DNA from: Eremomyces bilateralis CBS 781.70
Taxonomy: Eukaryota
Reading direction: 5' to 3' (one strand)
Assembly: GCA_010015585.1 (NCBI GenBank)
Contig: ML975183.1
Length of the DNA: 64,000 bases
The notes under the pieces are model-generated. The model did not search any database, was not told the origin of the DNA, and was given only the letters and a program-made list of their open reading frames with translations. Both the position numbers and the translations under genes were made by a program. This document shows positions 24,036 through 37,676 of the stretch, one piece after another. Position 1 is the stretch's first letter; each line of letters starts with the position of its first letter.

Positions 24036-24914
24036 AAGTAGGTAATAGGTACTTGCGTATCTGTAGTCAACACTCAACAGTGAGAAGTGCAACGGTGGAT
24101 GGATGAGTTAAGGAGAAGTTCGCCACCCAGTCCAGAGCCCGGACCCTGCTCAGCATGCCTCCGTAAGTAGACAGTCCCTTTATTTAACCTCATGTAGCAA
24201 TAGGAGGCCGGTGACTAGTGAGGAAGCTAAAGACTTTTCGTAGACCAAACTGAGGCGCTACTAGGATGTTTAGGAAAATCCAATGGTGCGGAAGGGATAT
24301 TAATATTTATCAATTCATTCGCGTGTTGCATGGTGATGTTTTTGCAAAAAGACAACACTGGACTCTTGGCCTCACTTGTTGTTGTACATATTCTATGCGC
24401 GATTGATTCCCTGGTAGATATCATGGTGCCGCTTTTTGGACGATTTAGGCGAGTAGACTTAGTAGAGGGTCTTTGTGGTTGGAGCTCGCGGTTCAGGGTG
24501 AACACGAGGGCAAACAGGTGCAGGAATTGATCGTTAGTCCCTTCGATCTACATTTCTAGCGAGGGAGTACAGACGCATAGACTATATAGTATTCGCTGGA
24601 AAAGAGGCATTCAACTGTCTTAAGTTACCCGCTAAATTCAAGGATTCCACGGTGGCTCTGAAGCTCTGAAGGTTCGTATCAGGGCTGTCATTGAGGCTAC
24701 CCCAGATAGGACTGAACAGAAGCCATGCATCTCAATAATGGTCTTCAGCGAGTCCATGACGATTCGTATTGCTCCAGGCTGTTTCTCCAAGTGGTTCAGC
24801 ATGGTGAGATCTTCCAATTCCGTCCATCGTGGCCAACTCAATCGGTCTGTTCTCAATTATATATACGATTGTTACCATTGGAACCTGACCATTCCGGTAC
24901 CGCCTTCAACCATG

Positions 24915-27781
24915 TCACCCCTCTTCATTAGCATCTTCAACCGAAGCCGCTTTGCCTTTGCCTTTCCTCTGCCGTTCATCAGGTTCAATGGGCTCTGGAG
25001 CGTCATTCGTACGGTCTCCCTGGGAGCCGCTGCTCTCCGGAGCTGCTGCTTGTGCAGTAGGACGAACCCTATAGCCCGGCGGCGTTCCAACGCGCCTCAT
25101 CGCGCTGTCGAAATTCCACCGCGAATTACTCTGCGGTCTTGTGGGAATGGCGAATGGATTCATGTTGGATTCCGGTTGCAGGGGCGCCGCGATTGATGTA
25201 GGCTCGGGTTGCACAGTCTCGCTGGTTGATTCGGGTGGATGTGTTAAAGTCGGAGTCGGCGTGGGGTTCAAGTGCTGGTGGCGAGACTGTTCTTCCGCCT
25301 GACTCGTCAATTGGGTCCGTCTTGCTCCTTGATGAGAGAGAGAGGGATCGGGGATTTCGGGATTCGAATGCGTGGGGTTGCCATCGCCAGTGCTCTCGCT
25401 CGGTCCAACTACCGAAGGAATGGTGGCTGTCGGAGAAGGATTGGGAGGCAGTGCTGACTGGGGCGTCTGTGTTTGAGGCGCTGAAGAAGAATGGGACGAA
25501 TGTAGACTTTGCTGCGGTGCTTGAAACGCTGCAAGAGTGGAAGGGTTATCATGGTGAGAACGGGCCGGACTTGGTCCGCGGAGAGAACCCGGAGGGGTAT
25601 GTCCTGTATGGTTCAGGTGTGATGGGGTTCGAAACGAATTTGATGCCGCTAAATGGTGCGTGACGGGGTTGATGGGTGTAAATGCAGGCGCTGGAGATGG
25701 GGAGCGGAAACCAGTGGGTAAGTTAGGATGGGATGTTGTAGATGGTTGCGGAAGCCGATGAAGTGGAATGATCGACCATCCTTCAGGGATAGCAACGCCA
25801 GGGATCGCGGCACTAGCATTCGCATGGGTATACTCTTGTGCATTCGGGAGGCCAGTAAAGGGATGTTGAACTGGGGAAATACCAGGTGGCGGAGGTGTCG
25901 GGACCGTGTTTGGTACTGGGTGTGTCGGAGGAGGTGGTAGCCCAAGACCTTGTTGCATCCCGGTTTGCCCTGGTTGGTTTGTCTGCCTTAGTCTTTCGAG
26001 TTCATCTTGCAGATGACGAACAGTTGTCAACTGCTGTCGAGTAAGGTTCAGCGCCGCAATTTCCTGATTGATACGATGCTCGAGGTGCCAGAGCTGGGCT
26101 CGAATTAACGTTCGGTTCACCGTCGGAACCGCTCCAGTTGGATTCTGAGTTGCAGGTTGCCCCCCAGCAGCATTGTTGGCTGCGGCGTCCTGGTTGTCTG
26201 GATTCCCTAATTGTTGCATCAAATTTCCCACACCGTTCGCCGGTGCAGTCCCAAGCACAAGCCGGAGAGGTCCGAAACGGTAGGTCCGTACTCGAGGTCG
26301 ATTTTGCTCCTGATTTCCCGCTTGGTTGTTGTGCGCGTTATCTTGTCTCTGGTTCGGAGCGACACCACCGCCAGTGCCTGGAGTTTGTGATGTGCTGGTT
26401 AGCACCGGTCGGCGACAAATGGGACATGCTTGTTGCCGCTCAAGCCAGCTTCGCAAACATCCAAAGTGAAGGATATGCCCACACGGCAGCTTCTTCGCCC
26501 TGAAACGCTGGTCTCGGGGTGGTTGTTCAGCCCGATTTTGCTCTCCGGCAGCTCCCGCTCCTTGGCCTTCGCCTGTCCATGGGCGCATGTCCTCCCGGCA
26601 GATAATGCAAGTATCGGCGCCCGCTAGCTCCTCTGCCGTCGCATCGGGATACCGTGAATTCATGTCCCGGGTCGCTTGGCGGTATTTGATGAAATCGCTG
26701 ATCTTCTTGGCGAAGTTGTTCGCTGTCACTGCCACGTCTCGGATGATGTGAATCGGAATGCCGTGGAAGGCGATAAGGATGATGAAGAAGGCCAGGTAAA
26801 TGATTAACTTGAAAAATTCTGCGCGTGTTAGAGAGTCCGAAAGGCAAAAATAGGGGGTCAAGCTCACCAGTTGCAAGGTCCAGGGCGAAAACCCATCGTC
26901 CCTTTTCTTCCCAAACTGGCTCAAACTCGTCCTCATCCACATCCGCATTAGTAGCATGCGCTTGTGCACTACCATCTGGCTGGCTTGCTCGATCGGTCCT
27001 TTGTTGTGCCTCCCTTAGACGTGCTTCTTGCCGAGCCGTGATTTGTTGTCGAATAACCTGCTGCTCTTTCAACGAGATCATATATCGGAGCATCGTCGAT
27101 GTCGAGCCGATCGTCAAGACGGCGAACTCAAACCCGAACATAACCATCATACCGGGCCTCGCTTCGTCTAGCACGGTATCGATACAATATCGAAGCATCG
27201 CAGCGTCATACAATATCGAGATGGTAAGGGACGTCGCCAGTCGAGCATGGTATAGGCGCGGGTTTGCAGGGGGCTGCTGTTCTAGATATTCGACGCGAGC
27301 CTCGCCCAGCCAGCACCAGATCCGCCCAATGAGGAGCGCTACACACATGAACAGGAACCATCCGCCAATGTCGTCTCGGAATGTTGCCATGGCGAGGCAC
27401 GTCTCGGTGAGAGCCATCCATCCTCGTTCGTACAGCTGCTCGCGTTCGATATGGCGGAGGGGACCAAAGAGGAGCTTCTGCAGGGAGCTCATCACCCCAT
27501 ATATGCAGAGCAGGAGCACATTGGTCAAGATCTGATCCCGAGTTAGGGCGAGGGATCTCCACGACCACGTAGAATACGCACCATTAAACAAGCATTGCTC
27601 TGTGCCAGATACACGGATGCCGAATAGAAGTTCGGTCTTTCATGGAATGCCTTGACAACCACACCCGCCGCCAAAACCGTGGAGACCTGGGCTCACGTCA
27701 GTACCATGGTCGGGACGATAGACAGCGATCCAGAAAGCTTACGGCGGCATAGGTCTTAAGGCTGATGATCGCCATTTTCAT
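24915..27781 (-). CDS. HRD1: ERAD E3 ubiquitin ligase Hrd1/synoviolin (3 introns: ~27686-27742, ~27532-27581, ~26819-26867)
   Basis: [45 protein letters not shown] and RING-H2 [34 protein letters not shown]. Start is 27781 or 27775. Confidence 0.95.
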
Positions 27782-28314
27782 ACAGTGACAGTTCCTCGAA
27801 TTAAAGTGCCTGTAGGAACAAGACCGGATGGAGCTCAGCCTGAAGTTGTTTCTCTTGCGCCATTGGAGAAGCTGTGGGCTCGCACGCGGCGAAGGTTGGA
27901 AGAAGCAGGAAGCGACGTGTTTGTAAGAAGTAGAGAAGCCAAATGTGAGCAAACAATAGGAAGCAAGTATCTGTACAGTTCTTTGTACAGTACCGCCGTA
28001 GAGACGTAACAGGGAGAAGGTACGAGGTGGGAGTGTGGGAGCGTACTGAACCGTAGGTACTTGGAATAATAACACGATGTCATTTCCGGCAGAGGGACTG
28101 GAATTGCGCGGAGAAGAACCATTCAGATTCAGGCATCCAGGCACTCAGGCCAACATCCCTGTTCCCGGATTCTTGCACATGATGCACACATCAACATGGA
28201 TCTGATGAATTCGGTATTGCCGTGGCTAACCATTGTTTTATTCTATTACTCCGTTGTAAACCAGGGAGCAAACTTAGCACAATCATTGCAGCAATTGGTT
28301 TCCCCAAAATCAAC

Positions 28315-29253
28315 ATGGCAAGCCTATTCAGTTCCAAAGCCGCCCTTCCAAGGCTGGTATCATATTCCACTCGAGTCTCTGTCCCCATCTCCCGCTGCAG
28401 ATGCACCGGCAGAGCCTACTCGACCGCCGAACCGCCATTATTGACAACCAGCATTCCGGCTCCGCACAACGGCCGCATCCTCGTCCTCTCCCTCAATCGT
28501 CCCTCCGTTCGAAACGCCCTCTCCGTCGCCCTCGTCTCCTCCCTCAACTCCACCCTCGCCGAAATCCACTCCGAGGGCGCCTCCGGTCCCACACGCGCGG
28601 TCATCGTCGCCTCGAACGTCGATAGCGCCTTCTGCGCCGGCGCAGATCTCAAGGAACGGCAATCGATGAACACCGACCAAGTGCAGGAGTTCCTGGCGAA
28701 CCTCCGCGGCAGTCTGAAGGCGTTGGAGGCGCTGCCCATCCCGACCATTGCGGCGGTGTCGGGAACCGCGCTGGGCGGCGGGTTGGAGGTGGCGCTGTCG
28801 ACGACGATGAGGATATTCGCGTCCACGGCGACGGTGGGGCTTCCGGAGACGCGGCTGGCGATCGTACCCGGCGCGGGCGGAACGTATCGGTTGCCGAATC
28901 TCGTCGGCATGAGCCGCGCGCGAGAGTTGATCTTAACCGGGCGGAGGATCTCTGCTCCGGAAGCGTATTTCCTTGGCCTCTGTAATCGGCTCGTGGAAGT
29001 GCTTCCCGAAGAGGGTGAGAGCATGGAGGATTTGTCACGACGGGCGAGGGAGACGGTGCTCCAGGAAGCCGTCGGGATGGCAAATGAGATCTGCGAAGGG
29101 GCCCCAACGGCGGTACGCTCTGCACTCAAGGCCATTGGCCGAGGCGAGGACGCCGAGAACGCCGCATATAATGAAATCCTGACGACGGAGGATCGAATTG
29201 AGGCGCTGAAAGCGTTCGCGGAGAAAAGAAAACCGGTATATAGAGGCAAATAG
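28315..29253 (+). CDS. Mitochondrial methylglutaconyl-CoA hydratase (AUH-like, crotonase family)
   Basis: Arg/Ser-rich presequence; FCAGADLKER, ALGGGLE, GLPETRLAIVPGAGGT, AFAEKRKPVYRGK. Confidence 0.9.
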   Translation: MASLFSSKAALPRLVSYSTRVSVPISRCRCTGRAYSTAEPPLLTTSIPAPHNGRILVLSLNRPSVRNALSVALVSSLNSTLAEIHSEGASGPTRAVIVASNVDSAFCAGADLKERQSMNTDQVQEFLANLRGSLKALEALPIPTIAAVSGTALGGGLEVALSTTMRIFASTATVGLPETRLAIVPGAGGTYRLPNLVGMSRARELILTGRRISAPEAYFLGLCNRLVEVLPEEGESMEDLSRRARETVLQEAVGMANEICEGAPTAVRSALKAIGRGEDAENAAYNEILTTEDRIEALKAFAEKRKPVYRGK

Positions 29254-30292
29254 GGTATGTTTTGCCGAATTCATAGCGACGCGGTCTTTCGCCGATCAAT
29301 CCGTTCCATGCTTGGTCTAATCGCGATCGACTCGCATGATTCTTGCCTTTTGCTCCGGCGAAAAGATGATGTGACCTTCCTGTAGAGCTTGGATGAGTAT
29401 AGGAAGCGACTTGGCTGAAAAGTCGGTTGCGTTCCGCAACTTGTCGAGGTCGTCCGAAAGTTCGGTCGTTACTTGACGCAGGTAGAATGGAACAAATTCC
29501 TCATCAATCTTCTTCAGTGTGTCCTTTTTTTATAGTCAGAAGATGTAAGACGAGTTCTAGGTTAATGGAAGTCAAACCTTGGAATAGCCACTTTCTAACA
29601 AGACATCCACGGCAGGTTCTGAGACAGCCTCAGGTCTCTTTGTAGTTGTCACCACTGCGTTCGCCCCGTCATGTTCCTTGGACCCTTTCTTGGCTATCTT
29701 TTCCTGGCTCTTGGAAGATTTACCCATTATGACTTATATAGCCCAGCTGGTTTGTTCAAATCAGCGAGGTTAACAGAAAATCTCTTGTTGTGGGGTGAAA
29801 GGAAGGAAGGAGAAACGATCGTGGAGAAAAATATTGGAAAACCATTCTTAAGGCATGGAGACCCTCAGGCACACCCCACTAGCATCCTAGCGGCATCAAA
29901 GATATTGGAAAACGTTGTTCATTGATTTTATAGAGGTCATGAACGCATGTTTACAAGTGGGCTAAAACAACCTTTCCCATATTGAGAGCCCAGTAGCATG
30001 AAGCAGTTCCCCCTCAACGCCTCTCTGAATGAGCCGATGCATAATCGCCACACATGCAATGCTTGAAGCTAACCTGTTCATCAATCCTCCGACCTCTTGG
30101 ATAATCTTCTCTCCCCGCTGAAGGCATACATCACGCCTGAGGTGAAAGATAGACCTCAGCTTGGCGAATACTGCAGCTCCAAGCCTTTAAGTAGGCATGC
30201 CCACGAAACAACGGTCACGAACCATGCAGCGTCCGTAAGCACCACGGATTATTTCTTTGAGTCTATCAACCATCGACAATGGCTCTAGTACC

Positions 30293-31682
30293 TCACTTCG
30301 CCACAGCAGCGGTCAGGACCTGGGTCCGGAAGAAACCGCCCTTGGTTCGCTCAATGACCTGTTGATAGACCGATTGAGGCGGGTGGTTCATGACAACAGT
30401 ACCCTCCCGGAAGTCGATTTTGGCGTCTACCCGGGTGTCCCGAATGAGATTCACAATCCACTTCTCTCCCTCATCTTGTGAGAGACCAAGTCTCGTCGAT
30501 AGATCCCTAGTAGAACGGTCAGAATTTGCGAAACATCGGATATGCTCCATACTCACTTGATATCAATCCGCTGGTGGATCTTGCAATATGACTCGGAAAT
30601 GAGATGTCTCGCCGCGTCAACGAATTCGTTTGATGAAGCACCGAGGAAAAAGTCGTCGCTCAAGATTTCTTCGGCTTCCGCCAGTTTCTTTTGAGCCTCC
30701 TCGAAGTCGAAGTCGACGTAGAGGGCTTTGATGAAGTCCGTGACCGGATCGGTATACTCGTAGCCTTCCTGCTTGACAATGCGCACGAGATCCTTCAACT
30801 GCCTCTGGTACGCGTTCGAGTTTCGACTCCGGCTCCGGTTGGTAACGACGGCGGCGGTCAGGTATCGAAGGATCCACGGGCAAATGGTCTGCACGGTGTT
30901 GATGTAGGGTTGGGAGAAGAAAAGTTCCGTCAGGGTCTCTCGCGCCGGTTCGAAGTTGAAGAACGGGAAGAGGGACCAGTGGATCAGCCATGTCCGTTGC
31001 TGAAGTTGGGCCAGAGGGTTGTTGAATAGCCGCGTGTCTATGCTCTCTTTGACCTTCTGGATCTCCTCCATCGCTGACTCCCATTCTTGGCTGAGAATCT
31101 CGGATGCCAGCTTTCCCCAGCTGGCTGCCGAAACCTTGTCATTGTCGGTCGACTGACGAATCTGTTAGTCTATAACGGTAGCATCGGTAGATATCGTCTT
31201 ACCAAGATACGGAACTGGTACAGCAACTCCGCTGCACTCGGATAGGAGCCACAGTTATACTGGAACTGTCCAAACTCGTAAAGCGCGTTGACCATCTCAA
31301 TGGTGACTCCGTGTTGTTCCTGGAGATAGTTCAAGTTGGCAACTTTATCGCTTCGGAGATTCGCAACCACATCTGCATCTCCCAGAAGTTCGGTGATCTT
31401 GTTGCACTGCTCCTGGAGTTGTGATCGTCGCTGCAGGACCTCGTCCCTCTTCGTGTCATATTCGCTGGGTCGCTCGCTCAGTCCCTTGAGTTCCGCCTCC
31501 AGGTCTCCCACGAAGTCGGTCATATTGGTCTGTTTGAGGAGCTCGAACTTCAAGCGCGTCACCTCGGGGGACGGCTCGAGATCGTTCAGGAGCGGAAATG
31601 CCAAATGTCGGTCGAGATAGGGGATCATTTTCGTCATGAGGTCGTGCTGCGAGGCCGAAACCCCGCCTTCTGATTCCGCCAT
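30293..31682 (-). CDS. int6: Translation initiation factor eIF3 subunit e (2 introns: ~31153-31202, ~30508-30555)
   Basis: [64 protein letters not shown]. Confidence 0.96.
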
Positions 31683-32086
31683 GATTGGGTTCGTGTGGTG
31701 GTGGTTCGTCCTAAACAGGATCCCTGGATGGATGATGAGATTAAATCGCTGAGGTTCTGTTCTCGGAAAGGCGATGTTGGAGTTGGAAGGGGCGTCGAAA
31801 AGGTGCAGACGAATGTGGTTGTGGTGGAAGGTGCGGTGGAAGGTTTGGCGGAAAATCACGTTGTGGGGCTTGCCGAAATTGTTTCTCACCACTCACGCTC
31901 ATCAAACCAACTTTATCACTTCACTCACTACACGAGTACTACTACGTATTAACACATCGCCCAATTCCTCCAACCATCCAGCTTCCAGCTCCCTATTTAA
32001 AAACTCTCGTCATCTACTTCTCTATCTCCACCATTTGTCTGCCGAATTGAATCATTTCATCACCGATCCTACCCCAGATTCCAACC

Positions 32087-32772
32087 ATGGCATCAAAAAG
32101 CGCTCTGCTCCCTTTCCTTCTTCCCCGACCCCTTCCGCGATCATCGACGGTTCGATCCTTCCTTTCCGCACGCCGCGTACCTGTGGCATGTAGGACAATA
32201 AGTAAATACCAGGACCGCAGTGCTGTTCTCTTTCAAACGTTCTAATCGAGCATAGCCACCGTCACAACCTCTGCTACCACCGAGTCCTTTACACCACCAC
32301 CTCAACCATCCACTGACGCGTCGCTGCTGCCTTATCACGTATCCAAGTCGCGCATGAGGCAATTCGCTGTCTACGAGTTGCGAAAAAATGGAGGCAATCT
32401 TCTGAAGACCCGAATCAAACACATTTATGGCGATGTCCATAAGCTTCGAGATGAGATTCAAGCGCTGCTAGAGCTTGAAGCAAAAAACATCAAGGTCAAC
32501 CCTGTGAACGGCCATATCGAAATCAAGGTACGTGACGAAGCACAGCAATCGCTCGTTTGATGCAGCAGCTAACTAGAGTCGCAGGGCTGGTACAAAGACA
32601 AGATCTGTGAATTTCTCCAATCTAAGAAGTTTGAGCAATATTTACCTCAAAAACCATCAACGACGACTGCCACTTAATGCGGTATGGGGTGATTGCGAGT
32701 GGACGGCCTCTGACTGAGCCCAATGCGCAAATCCCATGCAAGGAAGTCAATCCGTCGTTTGATGGTGAGTAG
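32087..32772 (+). CDS. IMG2: Mitochondrial ribosomal protein mL49 (Img2); introns ~32202-32275 and ~32528-32584; C-terminus possibly extended
   Basis: Presequence MASKSALLPFLLPRPL; LPYHVSKS...VY...KNGGNL..TRIKHIYGD...VNPVNGHIEIKG...FLQSKKF. The family-typical end would be ~32635, but the first in-frame stop is 32770-32772. Confidence 0.85.
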
Positions 32773-33183
32773 ATGGCGGGCGTCTCATGCGGAGTTTAAC
32801 TTCTGCGAGGGTGGAAGTATTTCTTACAATGTTCCTTCCAAGGATACAGGCCTTCAAATGAAGCCAATACTTCAACCTGGAAGGGTATTGTCGTGTTGGC
32901 CCGGAGGGTTTCTTGTCGACCACTCCACCTGCCCGGGCTGACTCTCCGCGAGTCCTCCGTGTTTCGAAGAAAGGGAAGTCGAAGTTTTGGGTGTTGGCTG
33001 GCGAGAGGATGATCTCTAACTATGCATCCTCTGCCGTGGATTGAATAACTTTTTACGGGGTCGAGGATCTGGGGAGGGCTACTGTGGTATCATTTCAGAC
33101 ACCTCTCCCCGTGTTTTATAGCACACACTACAGCATGCAATGCAGTCATCTTTGTTAGCGATGGGTGGTCGGAGATGCCCTTT

Positions 33184-33560
33184 TCAACGAAGGGGTTGTT
33201 GGTAATGTACAGGGGCGATATATGCTGTACCTGCGTTGCCTATTGGAGTAGATAGAATTGGATTCGTGCCAACTGGTACCGATATTGTTGATATTATTGA
33301 TATTATTGAATATTGATACCTTACGGAGTACCTATGCTGGTATTGTTGGAACAGTGCTAGGGCCACAGTAGCTGCACCAACGGCTGATCGACAGGCTAAT
33401 TTGCTTGCCCAATAATAATAAAGATCCTAACCGCGAGTGGTACAGCGTAAGGAATATTACCAGGCACTTAATGATATGTACTCCGTGCCATATGTCCGTA
33501 ACCTCCAAAGTTCCAATCGAAGGCCCTAGCCTTGAACGGTTGATTCCTTTAGTGTCGAAA
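33184..33560. other. AT/TpA-enriched degenerate segment with short (gatattatt)n repeats; possible RIP-mutated transposon relic
   Basis: gatattgttgatattattgatattattgaatattgat; TA-rich relative to the flanking genes; no intact ORF. Confidence 0.35.
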
Positions 33561-33878
33561 TAGGGTCTCTCTACAGACGAACTGGATTGTGGTTTGGTTA
33601 TCGGCTCATTGAAGTGAATCTTCAATCTTCTTGCCGCTCGGCGGAACTCGTTTGCCCCCCTCCAGCCTTCACCCTGGCTTGAGCCTCCCTTAGGCTCTTA
33701 GCTGCTCATACCGGTACCAAAGAAGCCCAAGAACTGCTAACATTTCAGTTCCACCCACTCCTACTACTGCCGCGGGTGTCATACACCCTATCCTGCCCTC
33801 ATAGGACTTGGGTGGATATGTAATTGTGGAGAATAGCAGCAGCCGTCAAGCGTTTGTCAAGTCGTCAAATCGTGAAAG

Positions 33879-35736
33879 ATGGATATAACTTCCAAAACGG
33901 GCGCGTTGGCATCGCCGAAACTCACCAAGCCAAAGCCCGCACCCGCTCCAAGTATGGTGGCGTACGCTGCCTTTGGGTGTGGTAAGAATCCGAGCGTCGA
34001 GCAAGACGAAGATCGCTGGTTGCTAACCTCTTGCCACAGAACACATTCATGACCTATTCATGGAGAACCGGAAATTCACCGTCCATCACTACTCCCTCCT
34101 GGTCCAGACCATCAACGAAAAGAACGCCCTGATCCTGCAAACCCACAAGTCTCTCAAAGCCCCCGAACCGAGACCGGCCGTCTGCTTCACGCCGACCTAT
34201 CTGTGCCTGCAATGCCCCAGCGTCCACAGTCCGGAGTTGAGAGATAAGCACTGGGACACTAAGGGCCATGCGTTCTGTAATGCACCATGGAATCGGCTTT
34301 GCCTTTGTCACGACTGACACCACACAGCAATCGAGTCACGGTCAGGCTATGTATACTGCCAGGAATGCCAGGACTTCATATATGACCCCACGCTCGAGGA
34401 AGTGCGTCTACAACGAGGTGAGACAACCATGAACCGCATGCGAAATAAGAACTGACGGGAGATATGCTGGGACTAGGCCGGAAGAGACGGAAGCTCCAGG
34501 ACTACACTCATACCCCCGAAGATGCCCGTTTAATCGCGCAGAACTCAACATTCGCCCCGTGCCGTGCGATTGGATTGCGTGGATTCTACAACATGGGCCA
34601 GACGTGCTTCATGAGCGTTATCATCCAAAGCCTGCTGCACAACCCGTTCATCAAGATGTTCTATCTCGGCGAAGGACATAAGACGGCGGATTGCGAGAAG
34701 TCCCATTGCACGAGTTGCGCGCTGGACGAGATCTTCACGGAGTTTTATTCGGTGGAGAAGACGGAGGGGTTCGGCGCGGTGAACATGCTCATTGGGAGCT
34801 GGATGGGCACGCATGTAAGCAGCGGGAAGTCATTTCATGCCTGAGAAAGTCAACTGACGCGTCCACAGTCACTGGCCGGCGATAAGCAGCAGGATGCCCA
34901 CGAGTATCTCCAATTCATATTTAATTCTCTCCACTTGGAAAACGGTGGAACCACCGATCACAAGGGAGACGATTGCTCGTGCATCATGCATCGCTCCTTT
35001 TCCGGCCGGCTGCAGAGCACCGTCACCTGCGATAAATGCAAGAACATCACCACGGCGTTCGATCCGTTCATGGACCTGAGTCTGGATCTGAAGAGCCAGG
35101 CCAGAAAACGGAAAGCCGACGTGGATAAATTCGCAGATATCGTGCCGGTGGATGTGAGGGAATGCCTAGAGCGGTTTACTGGAAAGGAGAAGCTCCCAAG
35201 CGGAGAATACACCTGCCATAAATGTGGCGGTTCGCAACAAAATGCGACGAAGCAGCTCAGCGTCCAACGTCTTACCCCGGTGTTGACGATCCATCTAAAG
35301 GTAAGGAACTACACCCGCCATACCGCTTGAAACCTATTTGCTTAACCGTTCCCAGCGATTCGAGCATAATAAGACGTCTTCCAAGATCGAGACCAAAGTG
35401 AAGTTCCCCCTGGAACTGGATATGTACCCGTATACGACCCGGGCCAAATCCCATCCCATCAAGCCCGGTTCAATCCAGAACCCGCCACCCAGCTGCGTCT
35501 ACGAGCTGTCGTCCGTGGTCGTGCATAAAGGCAAGATCGATTCCGGCCACTACGTCTCGTACTCGCGCGAGGGGCCCGACTGGTTCCAGTTCGACGACGT
35601 GAAGGTCACTCTGGCTTCGGAAGCGGAGGTGCTGGATGCGAACGCGTATCTGCTCTTCTATGTTCTCCGTGGGCTCGAGGCTATGGGCGACGACCTCACC
35701 CAGAAGGATGCCCTCAATGTGCCCTTTGGTCAGTGA
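33879..35736 (+). CDS. UBP8: SAGA deubiquitinase Ubp8/USP22 (5 introns)
   Basis: ZnF-UBP (CLQCP..H..YCQECQDFIYD), Cys box GFYNMGQTCFMS, QQDAHE, LTIHLKRFEH, His box HKGKIDSGHY. Confidence 0.93.
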
Positions 35737-35948
35737 CGTTGCATTCTTCTCTGCTCTCACTTAGCGGGAATGCATTGGGTGGCGTTTGGAAATGGGAAGG
35801 ATATATTGTAGTTAGACTGCTGCCGTGGTGGCTCGATCCAGGATGGCGTTTCGTGTCTAGATTGCAGGCTATTCAAGCATATTACGTTGCGGCCAGTGCT
35901 CTGCAAAGTGCCTCTATCATCATGATTTTATCTCTCTATCTAGGCACC

Positions 35949-35978
35949 GCGTAGGCTAATCATGCGTAGGCTAATCAT
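35949..35978. repeat. Perfect 15-bp tandem duplication spanning the MOG1 stop codon
   Basis: gcgtaggctaatcat x2. Confidence 0.9.
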
Positions 35979-36656
35979 TAACGAAGAGATTCCAATCTTT
36001 AACGTCAAACGTCGCCATGACTTGTTCCATAACGTCCAACCCATCTTTAACAAATTCATCGAACTGCTCGTTGCCGATGTCGATATTCTCCGGGTGGAAA
36101 CTCGGAACATGAGGAACATTGACCGTGATCACAATATCCGTTCCTTTCTCTGGGAGTCGCACCAGAGCCAGCAAAATTGCCGTCCAATCCGCCTCATTTG
36201 CACGACGAGGTCGAGCGCCCTCTTTTGACCGCAGACTTCCGAGCAAACTTAGGACTTTGGTGTTCCTGGATAGCCCATGAGTGTTAGCCCTTCGGTAGGA
36301 GGGGCTCGGACATACGGCATTTTATCAAGTTTGGGTTCCGTGGATGAAACTTTATGGACCATTGTCTCGTCTCCAGTGTCATCGGTAATGCCACGGAAAT
36401 GGAAATCCAGGGCTTCTAAATCATCCTTCGCCTCGGATGGGCCAATGTGCTCGAGAATGTCGAAGATGACACTTGCGAAGCCATCCTTATCCAAGTAGAC
36501 TTCCTGGCTATCTGGCACTTCTCGGATGGAGCTTCGACCTTCAGTCAAGGCGGCAGAGATATGGGACAGGATTGATACCTACCTCACGTCCTTGAAGCGC
36601 TCTGGCAGATCAACTTCTATTGCCCCTCCATAAAGTTTGATTTGATTAGAGGACAT
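35971..36656 (-). CDS. MOG1: Ran guanine-nucleotide release factor Mog1 (2 introns)
   Basis: LYGGAI..DLP..F.DV, IREVPDSQEVY, S.IFDILE, TDIVITVNVP, TFDVKDWNLF. Confidence 0.92.
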
Positions 36657-37676
36657 GGCGCATGGAACAACGTATATAAATCAATACGAGTGAAAAGTCG
36701 GTAGGATGTACTTTTAACGGTGCCCGATAGAGAACCTAGAGTTGAAGGAAGAAAGTGTTGGCATGGAGTCCTCTACATCTGATGGAGCCATCAATCAGTG
36801 ATCATATAGATCATGAGGCAACTACGAATCCAGGCAGCCAGTCGATGTACAAATCCACAGTATTATGACAGCATATGAACTGAAAGGTGTTGATACGTAC
36901 CTCTGTTAGTGTTCCTTGCCCCCTTCAGACAATTTTGATAGTCTCCCGGAATTGCCAATAGCGAATTGCTAATAGCAGAGCAGTGTGCGAAGTAAATAAT
37001 GTGAAATCCATGTGAATCGGACGTCACTATCCATTGGAAAATACCGTGAATGAGCTCCTTGAAGTCTAGTTGCCCCTCCAATTGGTGGAAGGGACGCGGT
37101 ATCAGGTGACTTCGTGTTCCCTGCCTTTGCTGTTGTCCCAATCTAGTGATTTAAAATAGGACTGGACCTCTTCAGTTCTCACCTTTGAATATTGATTATG
37201 TAATGTGTAACACATGTGACGTGGGACCGGTGGGAGGAACCAGAGTTAAACCGAAGTTCTGCCGGACCACCTTCCCTGTCAACGGTCCCCATTCACTGCA
37301 CCTCACCATTCAGGACTTGCGCTTCGAGGGTCTGTCGCCTGTTGGCTTGTTCAGGTTCACTACCTACCATCATCGCATGGTGTTTCTTCTAAGTACTCTA
37401 CCTTCCTCCTCCGTCGCATGAAGAGTGCTCTGTGGAATCTCCATATCTCATCGGAATTCTCAACTATCCCACATTGAAATCAACCAGGGAGGAGCCCGAG
37501 ACACCCTATCTATCGATTATCGATTAACCACCTTACCTTTGCTTGCGCTCTATCTTCCTCTCTAGCATGGGGGATACCCAGCATCATCGCATCGTTCCCG
37601 GTCTATTAGGCGGCCGTGTGCCTAGACGATAAGGCTCCTGGATACTCTAGATCAGCTGGAACCCTACAAATCCACG

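Noticed and set aside
28416..29249. 277-aa antisense ORF over the hydratase (and similar antisense ORFs over Ccc2, TAF1, Hrd1 and the glycosyltransferase)
   Set aside because: Expected shadow of GC-rich codon bias; no recognisable motifs.
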